64,000 bases of DNA. Source: Armatimonadota bacterium (GTDB taxonomy: Bacteria > Armatimonadota > UBA5829 > DTJY01). How positions within the stretch are numbered: position 1 is the first letter of the stretch; the number at the start of each line of letters is the position of its first letter. The DNA lies in NCBI GenBank assembly GCA_025358205.1, contig JANYKG010000070.1, forward strand, positions 13,748-77,747. The letters are read 5' to 3'. Of the stretch, positions 40,231 through 50,454 are shown piece after piece. A program made the position numbers and the translations under genes. The notes below the pieces were generated by a model. The model did not search any database, had not been told where the DNA came from, and worked only from the letters and a program-made list of their open reading frames with translations.

Positions 40231-41415
40231 TCAGGATATCTGAATCAGCATGGCAACCGCAAAACACTCCATAGCAAGTCCTTCGCCAACCGGCCCCAGG
40301 CCCTCGGCGGTCTTGCCCTTCACGTTCACCTGCTGCGGTGCAATACCCAACACGCCTGCGATACTCTCACAGATTGCAGGCACATGGGCGGCTATCTTCG
40401 GGCGTTCTGTCACCAATGTTATGTCCAAATTAACCACCCGCCAACCTGATTCCTCCAGTATACCGGCTACTCGCTTCAGCAGTTCGGCGCTTCTTATGTC
40501 CTTGTATGCCGGATCGGTATCAGGAAAATGCCTGCCTATGTCACCTGCGCCGGCGGCCCCCAACAGTGCGTCTATGACGGCGTGAATAAGGACATCAGCG
40601 TCCGAATGGCCGAGTAGCCCAAGCTCGAATGGTATCTCTACACCGCCCAGAAAGAGCTTGCGATCAGGAACCAGGCGGTGCGAATCATAACCGTGACCGA
40701 CTCTCATTTCGGATTTCGGATTTCGGATTTCGGATTTCAAAAGGATTGCCTCCGCAAATACCAGGTCTGTCGGGGTTGTCACTTTGATGTTCTCGTATGA
40801 ACCCCACACCAGCCGCACAGATATGCCGAGCCTCTCTACCATAGACGCATCATCCGTGCCAAACCATCCGTCTGCATACGCTGATTCGAAAGCTTCTTCG
40901 ATAATTGTGCGCTTGAAGGTTTGAGGGGTCTGAACGGCATACAGCTCATCACGGTCCAGAGTTCCGGTGATGAGTAATCCATCCACGGATGATTTGATGG
41001 TGTCTACCACGGGAACCGCTGCTATGGCCGCGCCGTGGATTCTGGCAGCTTCGATGGTGGCTGTGATGATTCCCGATGTAACGAGGGGACGCGCGCCGTC
41101 ATGCACTGCCACGATGTCGCACTCGGGTGATACTCGCGCAAGGCCGTTTCGCACTGAATCCTGCCTGGTCTCACCGCCGACGACTATTGCCGCTACCTTG
41201 GTGATGCCGAGGTCACGTACAAGCGCTTCTGCGTCCGGGACACGCTCACGCTGTACCACCAGCGCTATTTCGTCAACAGCGCTGCAATTCTGAAAAGTTC
41301 TCAACGTGTGCGCCAGCATCGGCTCGCCGGCGAGAGGCACAAAAGACTTGCCGCCCTGCGCGCTAAGTCTTTTTCCTAGGCCTGAAGCCGGAATAATTGC
41401 GGACGTTCCTGTCAA
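40231..41415 (-). CDS. ispDF: bifunctional 2-C-methyl-D-erythritol 4-phosphate cytidylyltransferase / 2-C-methyl-D-erythritol 2,4-cyclodiphosphate synthase
   Basis: IspD N-terminal half ([11 protein letters not shown]). IspF C-terminal half (GHGYDSHR...HSDADV). Linker EIRNPKSE is encoded by an in-frame heptamer repeat. Confidence 0.85.
   Translation of the reverse strand: MTGTSAIIPASGLGKRLSAQGGKSFVPLAGEPMLAHTLRTFQNCSAVDEIALVVQRERVPDAEALVRDLGITKVAAIVVGGETRQDSVRNGLARVSPECDIVAVHDGARPLVTSGIITATIEAARIHGAAIAAVPVVDTIKSSVDGLLITGTLDRDELYAVQTPQTFKRTIIEEAFESAYADGWFGTDDASMVERLGISVRLVWGSYENIKVTTPTDLVFAEAILLKSEIRNPKSEMRVGHGYDSHRLVPDRKLFLGGVEIPFELGLLGHSDADVLIHAVIDALLGAAGAGDIGRHFPDTDPAYKDIRSAELLKRVAGILEESGWRVVNLDITLVTERPKIAAHVPAICESIAGVLGIAPQQVNVKGKTAEGLGPVGEGLAMECFAVAMLIQIS
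40711..40740. repeat. tandem heptamer repeat (TTTCGGA)x4 inside ispDF linker
   Basis: catTTCGGATTTCGGATTTCGGATTTCGGATTTCaa. 28 nt; read in-frame. Confidence 0.8.
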
Positions 41416-42625
41416 TCAGGTCATCCTCCTCGTCTTGTTCAGTCTTCAGGTTTGCGAAGATCATCTTCCCCGCTACCGTCTGCAGCACGCTGGTGACTAT
41501 CACATCAACGGTCTCGCCTATGCGATTCTTGCCGCCTTCCACCACGACCATGGTACCGTCGTCCAGATATGCCACACCCTGGCTTGCTTCCTTGCCTTCC
41601 TTGATTATGGAGGCGCTGAATTCTTCGCCCGGAAGCACAACCGGCTTCAGAGCGTTTGCGAGTTCATTGATGTTCAGAACCGGAACGCCCTGGAGTTCAG
41701 CAACCTTGTTCAGGTTGAAGTCGTTTGTTACTATAGCGCCGTCCAGTTCCTGTGCCAGCTTCACCAGTCGCGCATCCACTTCGTCTGAGTCGGCTGGGTC
41801 CACGGCCGAAGCTTGTGTTACCGTAAGATCGAGTTCCTTGCGCATGGCGTTCAGGATGTCCAGGCCCCTGCGTCCGCGCGCTCGCCTGAGACTGTCCGCA
41901 GAGTCCGCGATGTGCTGAAGCTCTTCCAGTACGAAGCTGGGAACGTGTATCTGACCCTCGATAAAGCCTGCCCGGCAGATATCCGCTACCCGCCCGTCAA
42001 TGATGACGTTGGTGTCTAGCAACTTGGGCTTCTGGTATGGTTTGTCTTCCTGCCCGGCGCGCGCGATGCCCGGGTAGTAGAACTTCATCTCGTCCTTCAT
42101 GCTCATCATGGCCGCCACACACAGGTAGATGATAACCACCCCGGCCACCATTACTGCAACGGGATCGCGACCAAGTCGGAACAGCGACATGACGCCGGGA
42201 ACCAACATCAGGCTGATCATAACGCCGAGCAAAATACCTATCAGTCCTGCTATCTTATCCGTCACAGAGAGCTTGACCATGCGCTCGCTGATTCGGACGA
42301 GCTGCCTGAACGTCAAAGACGCCAGAAGGAATCCGAGCAGTAGGCCCATCAGCGCCAGAGCCGTGGCGAGAAAGACGGCCTTTTGCTGGCTTTCGGAATA
42401 GAGGGTATCCCACTTGAAGAGAAAAGATTTGGAGTCGAAATCTTCCTTGGTCACGGGTCGAGAGAGATCAGCCGCGTTTCCCGTTGTGAAGACTTCTCCG
42501 TACGAGAGGTTCATGGCGGCAATCTCGTCAACCATGCGCCACTCGGCGACCGGCTTGACGATGAGCCACTCCGCGAGTAAAACCATGAGGATGGTGAAAA
42601 TGATCCAGAACGGACGGGCAGACAA
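41363..42625 (-). CDS. yacL: PIN/TRAM domain membrane protein YacL-like
   Basis: N-terminal TM helices. PIN core ([10 protein letters not shown]...). C-terminal TRAM. Conserved yacL-ispD-ispF synteny. Confidence 0.7.
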   Translation of the reverse strand: MSARPFWIIFTILMVLLAEWLIVKPVAEWRMVDEIAAMNLSYGEVFTTGNAADLSRPVTKEDFDSKSFLFKWDTLYSESQQKAVFLATALALMGLLLGFLLASLTFRQLVRISERMVKLSVTDKIAGLIGILLGVMISLMLVPGVMSLFRLGRDPVAVMVAGVVIIYLCVAAMMSMKDEMKFYYPGIARAGQEDKPYQKPKLLDTNVIIDGRVADICRAGFIEGQIHVPSFVLEELQHIADSADSLRRARGRRGLDILNAMRKELDLTVTQASAVDPADSDEVDARLVKLAQELDGAIVTNDFNLNKVAELQGVPVLNINELANALKPVVLPGEEFSASIIKEGKEASQGVAYLDDGTMVVVEGGKNRIGETVDVIVTSVLQTVAGKMIFANLKTEQDEEDDLIDRNVRNYSGFRPRKKT

Positions 42626-42640
42626 TATGTCTCCTCCTCT

Positions 42641-42715
42641 CCTGGATTATTCATGAATCGAATAATTCAGGGCCTTTAGAACATCATTCACGCTTATCGT
42701 GAATAATGCGAACTA
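42641..42715. repeat. REP-like element, copy f
   Basis: CCTGGATTATTCATGAATCGAATAATTCAGGgcctttagaaCATCATTCACgcttatcGTGAATAATGCG. Confidence 0.8.
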
Positions 42716-43813
42716 TCTGTCAACCTCGCCTAGGACTATGTCCAGGCTGCCGAGAACAGCGACTGTGTCGGCGATTTTCAATCCCTTAACCATCTGGCCG
42801 ACTGCTGCCAGGTTGATGAACGACGGCCCGCGCCAGTGCAGGCGGTAAGGGCTGGCGGAACCATCGCTGATAAGATAAACACCCAAGTCGCCTCTGGAAG
42901 ATTCGACTCTCGCATACGCTTCACCTGCAGGCGGTTTCAGGACTTTCGGCACCTTGGCCGTGAACTCGCCTTCGGGGAGGGCGTCCAGCGCCTGCTCCAC
43001 TATCTTCAGGCTCTCGCGTATCTCGCCGGTGCGCACCAGATACCGCCCCAGGCAGTCGCAGGTGTCTTCAGTGCAAACATTGAAGTCAAGGTCCGGGTAA
43101 ACCGAATATGGATCGTCCTTGCGCACGTCCAATGCCACACCTGAGCCGCGCAGCCCCGGTCCGCTGAGCGCATAACTGACTGCATCCTCAGCCGAAATGA
43201 CGCCTATGCCGCGTGAACGGATAAGGAATATCTGGTTGCCGGTCAGCAGTTCGTCTATTTCCTGAAGTCGCTGAGGCATCTTCTTCAGAAACGCCCGTAT
43301 CATCTGATCCAATCCTGTGGACATATCTCTAGCCACTCCGCCTGGGCGGATGTAGCTGTATGTGAGCCGAGCGCCGCAGACCGCCTCGAAGATGTCCATG
43401 ATGTCTTCGCGTTCGCGGAAGGTGTACAGGAACGGTGTAGTTGCGCCCAAATCCAGGCCGAACGCGCCGACGAAAACGAGGTGGCTGGATATACGGTTCA
43501 ACTCCATCATGATGACGCGGATGTACTCTGCGCGCGCCGGGACTTCGATGCTTGCGACCTTCTCCACCGCCATTGCGTAGACGGCGTTGCCCAGCATGGC
43601 GGAGAGGTAGTCCAGGCGGTCGGTGAGGCCAACGAACTGATGGTATGTGCGCTTCTCAGCAAGTTTCTCAATCCCGCGATGCAGGAACCCTATATCAGGC
43701 CGGGCGTCAACAACCGTCTCACCGTCAATGGTGAGAATCATGCGCAGTACACCGTGCGTACTGGGATGCTGCGGCCCCATGTTTATTTGAACTTCTTCGG
43801 TCCTAATCGCCAT
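42713..43813 (-). CDS. nuoD: NADH-quinone oxidoreductase subunit D
   Basis: INMGPQHPSTHGVLR...GFLHRGIEKL. Confidence 0.9.
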   Translation of the reverse strand: MAIRTEEVQINMGPQHPSTHGVLRMILTIDGETVVDARPDIGFLHRGIEKLAEKRTYHQFVGLTDRLDYLSAMLGNAVYAMAVEKVASIEVPARAEYIRVIMMELNRISSHLVFVGAFGLDLGATTPFLYTFREREDIMDIFEAVCGARLTYSYIRPGGVARDMSTGLDQMIRAFLKKMPQRLQEIDELLTGNQIFLIRSRGIGVISAEDAVSYALSGPGLRGSGVALDVRKDDPYSVYPDLDFNVCTEDTCDCLGRYLVRTGEIRESLKIVEQALDALPEGEFTAKVPKVLKPPAGEAYARVESSRGDLGVYLISDGSASPYRLHWRGPSFINLAAVGQMVKGLKIADTVAVLGSLDIVLGEVDR

Positions 43814-43932
43814 CCGCTCTTACTCTACCTCGAAAATCTCCTCTCCCCTTGAGGGAGAGGGTTAGGGTGAGGGGTATTCCCCTCAGGTGTTTTCATCCCA
43901 TTTTGTAGCCGTCAGGTCATGATGACTTACTC

Positions 43933-44409
43933 TTACTCTTGTTCGGACTTTTCCTCACACTCACTTACGATGCCGTAATCCTTCCTCAGCGGGAAGCCCT
44001 CAAAATCATCGTCAGTAAGTATCCGCCGCAGGTCGGGGTGCCCCTCAAATACTATCCCGAACATGTCGTAGATCTCGCACTCCTGCCAGTCCGCCGCCTT
44101 CCAGACCGAGTAGACCGACGGCAGCGACGGGGTGGATTTGTCCACACTCACTTTCAGCACCGCGTAGTGCTTCGCGGACACCGAGTACAGGTGATAGACC
44201 ACCTCGAACTCCTCAGGCCGATCAACCGCCGTTTGAGACATCAGGTAGTCCATGTTCATCTCAAGCGACTCTTTGATAAGCGCGCAGATGCCGACGATCT
44301 CGTCCGCCTTCACCCGCAGAGCAGGCATGCCGCCGGACTCGCCGGTCTCAATCACCGCGTTCGGGTACTGCGCTCTCACAAGTTCGGCTATCCTGTCGGA
44401 GGTCAGCAT
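43933..44409 (-). CDS. nuoC: NADH-quinone oxidoreductase subunit C
   Basis: 30-kDa subunit motifs. ...[20 protein letters not shown]. Confidence 0.85.
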   Translation of the reverse strand: MLTSDRIAELVRAQYPNAVIETGESGGMPALRVKADEIVGICALIKESLEMNMDYLMSQTAVDRPEEFEVVYHLYSVSAKHYAVLKVSVDKSTPSLPSVYSVWKAADWQECEIYDMFGIVFEGHPDLRRILTDDDFEGFPLRKDYGIVSECEEKSEQE

Positions 44410-44924
44410 TTCTCGGCTACCTCTTTCTTGTCGGCCACGCTCTCCTTGCGAATCTTTTCGTGCAGTTTCAGGCAGCCCTGAAGCAGCGCTTCCGGTCTAG
44501 GCGGGCATCCGGGGATATACACATCCACCGGAATGATCTCGTCCACGCCCTTCACCACCGCGTATGAATCATAGAACGGGCCGCCGCACGTTGCGCATGA
44601 ACCCATCGCAATCACGTACTTTGGCTCGGCCATTTGGTCGTAAAGCCGCTTGATGCGCTTGCCCATCTTGTAGGTCACCGTGCCCGCCACGATCATGAGG
44701 TCGCTCTGGCGGGGTGAGGCGCGAAACATCATGCCAAACCTGTCGAAATCGTATCTTGCGGCGCCGGTCGCCATCAGCTCAATGGCACAGCACGCCAGGC
44801 CGAAGAGCATGTACCACAGCGATGACACACGCGCCCAGTTCAGTACCGTATCTAGCCTGGTGGTGATGACGCCACCCTCAGGAAGTCGCTCCACTAGTCC
44901 CACTTCAGGACTCCTTTTCGCCAT
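44403..44924 (-). CDS. nuoB: NADH-quinone oxidoreductase subunit B
   Basis: LACCAIE...[10 protein letters not shown]...GCPPRPE FeS N2 ligands. Start taken at MAKRSPEV. Confidence 0.9.
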   Translation of the reverse strand: MAKRSPEVGLVERLPEGGVITTRLDTVLNWARVSSLWYMLFGLACCAIELMATGAARYDFDRFGMMFRASPRQSDLMIVAGTVTYKMGKRIKRLYDQMAEPKYVIAMGSCATCGGPFYDSYAVVKGVDEIIPVDVYIPGCPPRPEALLQGCLKLHEKIRKESVADKKEVAEKC

Positions 44925-45262
44925 GCATATATCAGACCAACGACCAGGATGGCGATGAAGATCATCATCTCCGCAAACGCGAACACTCCTAATCCTTTGG
45001 CCTTGAAGTTCAGTAGTTCCTTCGCCCACGGAAAAATGAAGATGGCCTCCACGTCGAATATCACGAAGACCAGAGCGAAGATGTAGTAGCCGACCTTGAA
45101 CTGTCGCCATGCGTTTCCGAACGGTATCTCACCGCATTCATACGGCTCAAGTTTCACTTTGGAGGGGCGGTGCGGGCGAATGGCCCACGAAAGCAGCATC
45201 ACAAATATGGAAAATGCAACGCCGATGACGGCAAAAAGCGCAATGTATGCATAATTATCCAC
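44894..45262 (-). CDS. nuoA: NADH-quinone oxidoreductase subunit A
   Basis: PYECGE...FDVE motifs. GTG start 7 nt downstream of AGGAGG. Confidence 0.85.
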   Translation of the reverse strand: MDNYAYIALFAVIGVAFSIFVMLLSWAIRPHRPSKVKLEPYECGEIPFGNAWRQFKVGYYIFALVFVIFDVEAIFIFPWAKELLNFKAKGLGVFAFAEMMIFIAILVVGLIYAWRKGVLKWD

Positions 45263-45331
45263 CCTGCTTCCTCCTACGAAAATGCGGAGCATTTGCGGTC
45301 CCATCGCGGAGAGACTGGCAGCGCCGCTGGT

Positions 45332-45381
45332 CCGCATTATTCACAAGCAACGTGAATAATGCTCACAGATGCAGGCTAACG
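45332..45381. repeat. REP-like element, copy g
   Basis: CCGCATTATTCACaagcaaCGTGAATAATGC upstream of nuoA. Confidence 0.8.
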
Positions 45382-45544
45382 TTGCGAGAAGTCTCTCCGG
45401 CGATTCCTCAAAGATCGCATCCGGTTTCCCAGACAAGTCTGAGCATCATTATAGCACAGTTCAATACAGCGCGGAAGAGCAATTCGAATGCCCATTTCGG
45501 AATGCGGATCTCGGATTGCGGATTGGCTGGAACCAGAGCCAAGC

Positions 45545-45590
45545 TTTCGTGAATCGTACTCGTTGATCCTGCTCGCCTGTCCTGAGCCTG
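45545..45590. repeat. about 45-nt repeat TTCGTGAATCGTACTCGTTGATCCTGCTCGCCTGTCCTGAGCC (second inverted copy at 48235-48290)
   Basis: Reverse-complement match with 3 mismatches to 48240-48284. Confidence 0.7.
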
Positions 45591-45677
45591 GCGAAGGGTG
45601 CTCGGCCTTTCCGGGGGAACGACCTGACAGCACGAGCAGGGCACACAAGTTTTCAGTTCGGCTTTGAGTGGAGAGAA

Positions 45678-46433
45678 CTAGAGCGCGAAGACCGACGGCG
45701 GTTTGACCTCACCCTGGATGCCGATGACCACCGACTTCAGCGGCACGTCCACGCCGGATGACTTGACGCCTTCCTCGGCTGCGTACAGCAGTCCCAGGCA
45801 GCACGGCACTTCCATGTGAACCACGGTGATGCTCTTGATGCCGCTCTGCTCGATGATGGCGTGCAGCTTCTCGATATAACGATCCACATCGTCGAACTTC
45901 GGACAGCCGATCGCCAGCGCCTTGCCCTTCAACTGATCCGGGTGGAACATGGCGTATGCGAAGGCCGTGCAGTCCGCCGCCAGCAGAAGGTCCGCCCCAT
46001 GCAGGTACGGCGCGGCGGGGTTGAGCAGGTTGAGCTTCACCGGCCACTGACGCAGCTCCGACTGCAGTTCGGGGGTATCTCCGCACGGCGTCCGTTCCGC
46101 TGCAGCGCGGAAGTCACGCATCCGCGAACCAGGACAACCGCCTCCGCCATGAGCAGGATGTGCCGGCGCTGTGGACACGTGACCGGTCGCCTTCACGTGA
46201 TCCATCGCGGCCTTTTCGTCAAACTCCTCGGCCTCGCGGTCCTCAAACGAGATCGCGTCAACCGGGCACTTGCCCAGACAATTTCCCAGCCCGTCGCAGT
46301 ATTTGTCCAACGCCAGCCTCGCCTTGCCGTCTACTATCTGAATCGCGCCCTCCGCGCAAGACGGCACGCACTGCCCGCATCCGTTGCACAAATCCTCATC
46401 TATCTTAATGATCTTCCGCATCACTTTCGCCAT
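45678..46433 (-). CDS. 4Fe-4S dicluster domain-containing protein
   Basis: CNGCGQCVPSC and CDGLGNCLGKCP cluster motifs. Cys-rich C-terminal domain. Confidence 0.6.
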   Translation of the reverse strand: MAKVMRKIIKIDEDLCNGCGQCVPSCAEGAIQIVDGKARLALDKYCDGLGNCLGKCPVDAISFEDREAEEFDEKAAMDHVKATGHVSTAPAHPAHGGGGCPGSRMRDFRAAAERTPCGDTPELQSELRQWPVKLNLLNPAAPYLHGADLLLAADCTAFAYAMFHPDQLKGKALAIGCPKFDDVDRYIEKLHAIIEQSGIKSITVVHMEVPCCLGLLYAAEEGVKSSGVDVPLKSVVIGIQGEVKPPSVFAL

Positions 46434-46510
46434 TTGGAAACCTCCTCGTGCTTTATAACGTAATTATAGCCAGATTGCACGCTGTTAACCTTGACCTAAA
46501 TCAACTCCAG

Positions 46511-46583
46511 CCTGGATTATTCGTAAAACGAATAATCCAGGGCATTCTGAGCATTATTCACTCTCTTTATGAATAATGCGGGC
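46511..46583. repeat. REP-like element, copy h
   Basis: CCTGGATTATTCGTAAAACGAATAATCCAGGgcattctGAGCATTATTCActctctttaTGAATAATGCGGG. Confidence 0.85.
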
Positions 46584-46685
46584 CTGGTATTCTTTTCTGA
46601 ACCTGCAGGGCGGCTCAGTCGTCCTTCAAATCAGCGGGTTTATGTGGTATTATCTCAATGCCCGATATCGAAATGGAAACAGGTG

Positions 46686-47723
46686 ATGGATATGCGGTTT
46701 GGACTTTGTATTTCCTCAATCATGCTGGCGCTGTGCGTGGCGGTTCCCTCGCTCGGACTGCCCGACGTGTCCGCCGAATCGCAGAGCGCGGTCGTGAAAG
46801 CGGTGAAGCTGGTCGGCCCGACGGTAGTGAACATAGACACCGTCTCGCGTCCTCAAGGCAGCATATTCGATTCGTTCTTTTTCGGCGAACCCATGCCGCA
46901 AAAAGGCCAAGGCTCCGGCTGGGTTTACGATGGACAGAACGGCTATGTGGTAACCAACGAGCACGTGATCGAAGGCGCAGATCAGATCACGGTGACGCTG
47001 CCGGACAACAAGCAGTTCCAGGGCAAGGTGATCGGCAAGGATTGGCTCTGCGATATCGCGGTGGTCAAGATAACCGGTAATGGCCTGCCGTCCGTGAAAC
47101 TTGGCGCGGACAAGACACCGGAGATAGGCTCCTGGGCAATAGCGATCGGCAACCCCTTCGGCCTACAGAATACCGTCACCGTGGGTGTGGTGAGCGCCAC
47201 CGGGCGGACCGTGGACACGTCCGACGGTCGCAAGATCGAGAACGCCATACAGACCGATGCGGCGATCAACTTCGGCAACTCCGGCGGGCCGCTCTGCGAC
47301 ATCAGCGGGAACCTGATTGGGATGAACGCGGCGGTGAAGGTGGAGGCGCAGGGCCTGGGGTTCGCCATTCCCGTCGCGACGATCCGCGAGATAGTGCCGC
47401 AACTCATAGCGAAGGGCAAGGTGATACGGCCCTGGACTGGGTTCACGCCCATTGACTTCACGGCCAAGATGGCACAGCGGCTGGGTATGGATTACGTAGA
47501 GGGTGTTATCATCAAGGTCTACAAGGGATTTGCCGCGGACGATGCCCAACTGGTGACAGGAGATGTGTTGGTGGAAGCCGCGGGCAAACCGGTGAAAACG
47601 GTCAAGGAACTGGAAGCGATAATCAAGCCGTTGAAGGTGGGAGACCGCCTGCAACTTGTGGCCGTGCATGAGGGCAAGAAGAGCAAGTTCACCGTTGTGT
47701 TAGGCGAGATGCCGGAGCAGTAG
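46686..47723 (+). CDS. htrA: HtrA/DegP-family serine protease with PDZ domain
   Basis: TNEHVI (His), D, GNSGGPL (Ser) triad motifs. C-terminal PDZ. Signal peptide from MDMRFGLCISSIMLALC. Confidence 0.85.
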   Translation: MDMRFGLCISSIMLALCVAVPSLGLPDVSAESQSAVVKAVKLVGPTVVNIDTVSRPQGSIFDSFFFGEPMPQKGQGSGWVYDGQNGYVVTNEHVIEGADQITVTLPDNKQFQGKVIGKDWLCDIAVVKITGNGLPSVKLGADKTPEIGSWAIAIGNPFGLQNTVTVGVVSATGRTVDTSDGRKIENAIQTDAAINFGNSGGPLCDISGNLIGMNAAVKVEAQGLGFAIPVATIREIVPQLIAKGKVIRPWTGFTPIDFTAKMAQRLGMDYVEGVIIKVYKGFAADDAQLVTGDVLVEAAGKPVKTVKELEAIIKPLKVGDRLQLVAVHEGKKSKFTVVLGEMPEQ

Positions 47724-47730
47724 GGCGACT

Positions 47731-48159
47731 ATGAACCATTGGATGAAGGTTGGAATAGCCGGGGTGACCGAAGGCTCCGGCGAATACGGCGAGATGCTAA
47801 CGGCGCGGGATGTGGAGATCGCGTGCGTGTGGGACTACGTACACAGCCGCGCGGACGAGTTCCACCGTCGGTTCGGCGGACGGGTAGCGGCGAACCTGGA
47901 CGAGATCGCGGACGAAGGGCTGGACGGCGTGATCCTGGACGTGAAGCCTGGTGACCTGGCTGGGTTTACGGTCATGCTCATGGCGGCGGGCATACCAGTG
48001 CTCATAGCAGATAGGAAAGGCATCCCGCCTGACGAGCACGAGCTCGTGAGCCACGCCGTGCGCGAGCATGTCGGGCTGATGATGACGGCCGGGGACAGCG
48101 GTGAAGAAACGATGGAGAAGTTCCTGCTCCTTTGCGACACCGGTTACCTGCCACAGTAG
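47731..48159 (+). CDS. hypothetical short protein resembling Gfo/Idh/MocA N-terminal NAD-binding domain only
   Basis: KVGIAGV...GIPVLIADRKGIPPDEHE. 142 aa, lacks the C-terminal domain. Confidence 0.35.
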   Translation: MNHWMKVGIAGVTEGSGEYGEMLTARDVEIACVWDYVHSRADEFHRRFGGRVAANLDEIADEGLDGVILDVKPGDLAGFTVMLMAAGIPVLIADRKGIPPDEHELVSHAVREHVGLMMTAGDSGEETMEKFLLLCDTGYLPQ

Positions 48160-48279
48160 TGAACGGAAACATACCGTGATGTTGCGCTGATGTGAGTCGT
48201 ACTCGGCTTTCATCCGCTCTGGGAAATCGAGTACCCTTCGAGGGCCTCAGGACAGGCGAGTAGGATCAACGAGTACGAT

Positions 48280-49542
48280 TCACGAAAGCGAAATGTGCGA
48301 TACCCGTGCGATGTCCTTCTTCCTTAGCAAGCCCATGGCACCCAGGTTAAGCGCAATCACCACTAGCGATATCCACAACGCCATGCGCATGCCCGTGTGA
48401 TCGGCCACCACGCCGACTGTCGGTGGGAAGATCGCGCCGCCGAGCGAACCTGCCGCTACCAGTATGCCCATCGCAGTGCCCGTCTGCCCCGGATACGCCG
48501 CACCGGAACAGCTCGCGATCGTGGGGAATATGGGGCCAAGACATGTCCCTAGAAGAAAGACGAACGCCATGCCTGAGGTCGGGCCGTGAACCAGCAGAAG
48601 CAGTGCCTGGAACAGCGCCGCGACCATCAGTCCGCACCGGATTGTGGGAACCTCGGAAATGCGCGTTGCCAACCAGCCCGCGAGGATTCTACCCAGCGTG
48701 ATGCCCGCCCAGAATACCGCCACGCTCCATGCGGCGTACGAGGGCGTCGCGCCCAGATCAGCTTTGAAGTAGACCGCCAACCAGTTCCCGGTTCCGGTCT
48801 CCGCGCCCACATAGAGCATTATCGAGGCGGCCAGCACCAGCAGAAGCCTGTCCTTCATCAGTGTGGCCATGCCGGACTCGTGGTGTCGCATCGGCGAGAG
48901 CTCCTCGCGCCCGACAATGAACGTGGACAGGGCGGCGATGCCGGCGATGACACAGACCCCCGCGCCGCCGTAGTAAGCCGCTTGCCAGTGAATGCCCATC
49001 TTCAGCAACTGACCGACCCCAAGCGGGCAGGCGATGGCCCCGAACGAGAACGCCGCCTGAGACCAGTTTGCCATGGACATTCGCCGCGCGCCGGTGTAGA
49101 GGTCGCTGACCAGCGCCATGGCTGAGCCTTCTGAGAGTCCTCCACCGAACCCCATGAGCAGTGTGGAGAGAAACGCGGTGCGGAAATCGGACGACTGCGC
49201 GAAGAGGATCATCCCGACCGCCATCGCCGCGCATCCCGGCCAGATGGCGTGCAGCTTGCCGTGCTTATCAGTGAACCGCCCAGCGCAGATCACTCCGGTG
49301 AAAAAGCTGATCATCAGCGCGCGGAACAGCCAGCCGAGCGTGGACTGAGTGGCATGGAAGAACGCTCCGACCTCATTCATGGAAGCGGACGTGACGGTGA
49401 AGGCGACCGCGTATGCGAAAAGGCTCGCGAAAGCAGCAGCCGTCGCAAGCCGGCGAAAACGGGGATTCGTCTGTTCGTTCAAACGTACATCCAATTCCAA
49501 GGGTTTCAGTTGCCGGTTTCCGGGTTCCAGGGGATCCGACAC
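48280..49542 (-). CDS. MFS transporter
   Basis: 12 TM helices; MFS pattern. Confidence 0.75.
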   Translation of the reverse strand: MSDPLEPGNRQLKPLELDVRLNEQTNPRFRRLATAAAFASLFAYAVAFTVTSASMNEVGAFFHATQSTLGWLFRALMISFFTGVICAGRFTDKHGKLHAIWPGCAAMAVGMILFAQSSDFRTAFLSTLLMGFGGGLSEGSAMALVSDLYTGARRMSMANWSQAAFSFGAIACPLGVGQLLKMGIHWQAAYYGGAGVCVIAGIAALSTFIVGREELSPMRHHESGMATLMKDRLLLVLAASIMLYVGAETGTGNWLAVYFKADLGATPSYAAWSVAVFWAGITLGRILAGWLATRISEVPTIRCGLMVAALFQALLLLVHGPTSGMAFVFLLGTCLGPIFPTIASCSGAAYPGQTGTAMGILVAAGSLGGAIFPPTVGVVADHTGMRMALWISLVVIALNLGAMGLLRKKDIARVSHISLS

Positions 49543-49716
49543 CTGAAACCCGTCACCCGAAACCGATATCTGCTCAGTCAGTGTATTATCTCGCCCACGT
49601 ACAGCCTATGCTATTCCCTGAGGATACCAGTCCGCGATCTTTGAGTCAAGGCCACTAACGCCGTCGTCCACGAGCAGGATGGCGCGTACACCGCGAAAAT
49701 ATTGCGCCAAACTACT

Positions 49717-49745
49717 TGACAAACCGGCCGCCGCGTGATAACATT
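49717..49745 (+). promoter_or_regulatory. sigma70-like promoter TTGACA-N17-TAACAT for ArsR-like regulator
   Basis: Located 30 nt upstream of start 49778. Palindromic TTAGCTAA box lies just downstream. Confidence 0.4.
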
Positions 49746-49777
49746 TAGACAATTAGCTAAACATCAAAGAGTTATTC

Positions 49778-50356
49778 ATGGACAAAATTTACAAAGCAAT
49801 CTCAGATGCAACGAGGCGAACCATCCTGAAGCTCCTCCGCGAGCGTGACATGACCGCTGGGGAGATAGCGGAACACTTCGACCTCACAAAGCCGACGCTC
49901 TCCAGGCACTTCTCGGTACTCCGTGAGGCAGGACTCATCACAGACGAAAAGAAGGGGCGAAACATCATTTATCGCCTGAACGCGGAACTTTTGGAGAACT
50001 CGCTTGTCTCACTAATGGAGGACTACGCGTTCGTGTGGACGCCGCCGATGGATGTGGAACAGGCCGCGAGAGCATTTGTGGAGTCGCTCGTCCGTGGTGA
50101 TTTCCAGAACGTTGTGCAGGACTTTGATGAGACCGTGGCAGCCATATTGACTCCCGAAAAGCTTCGCGACACGTGGAATCGTGTTATCGAATACCATGGT
50201 CCGTTCATCAAGCAGACAGATGTATGCACGGAGAAGTACTGGAAGTACACCACCGTAGTCATTGCCTGTGAGTTCGGCAACTCGAAGGTAAACATCAAGG
50301 TGACCTTCAGCAGATCGGGGCAAATCTCGGGACTGCTGATCCTGGAAGCGCAATAG
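49778..50356 (+). CDS. ArsR/SmtB (SdpR-like) HTH regulator fused to C-terminal DUF3887-like domain
   Basis: N-terminal ISDATRRTILKLL...GEIAEHFDLTKPTLSRHFSVLREAGLI HTH. C-terminal about 90 aa resemble the N-domains of the two downstream hydrolases (RGDFQNVVQDFDETV...NIKVTFSRSGQISGL). Confidence 0.7.
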   Translation: MDKIYKAISDATRRTILKLLRERDMTAGEIAEHFDLTKPTLSRHFSVLREAGLITDEKKGRNIIYRLNAELLENSLVSLMEDYAFVWTPPMDVEQAARAFVESLVRGDFQNVVQDFDETVAAILTPEKLRDTWNRVIEYHGPFIKQTDVCTEKYWKYTTVVIACEFGNSKVNIKVTFSRSGQISGLLILEAQ

Positions 50357-50357
50357 T

Positions 50358-50430
50358 CCGCATTATTCATGCTGAGCATGAATGATGCTCTGAAGGCCCT
50401 GGATTATTCATTTCATGAATAATCCAGGCT
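50358..50430. repeat. REP-like element, copy i (opposite orientation)
   Basis: CCGCATTATTCATGctgagCATGAATGATGC...CTGGATTATTCATTTCATGAATAATCCAGG. Confidence 0.85.
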
Positions 50431-50454
50431 AGGAAAGGATAAGAGGAGAACATT

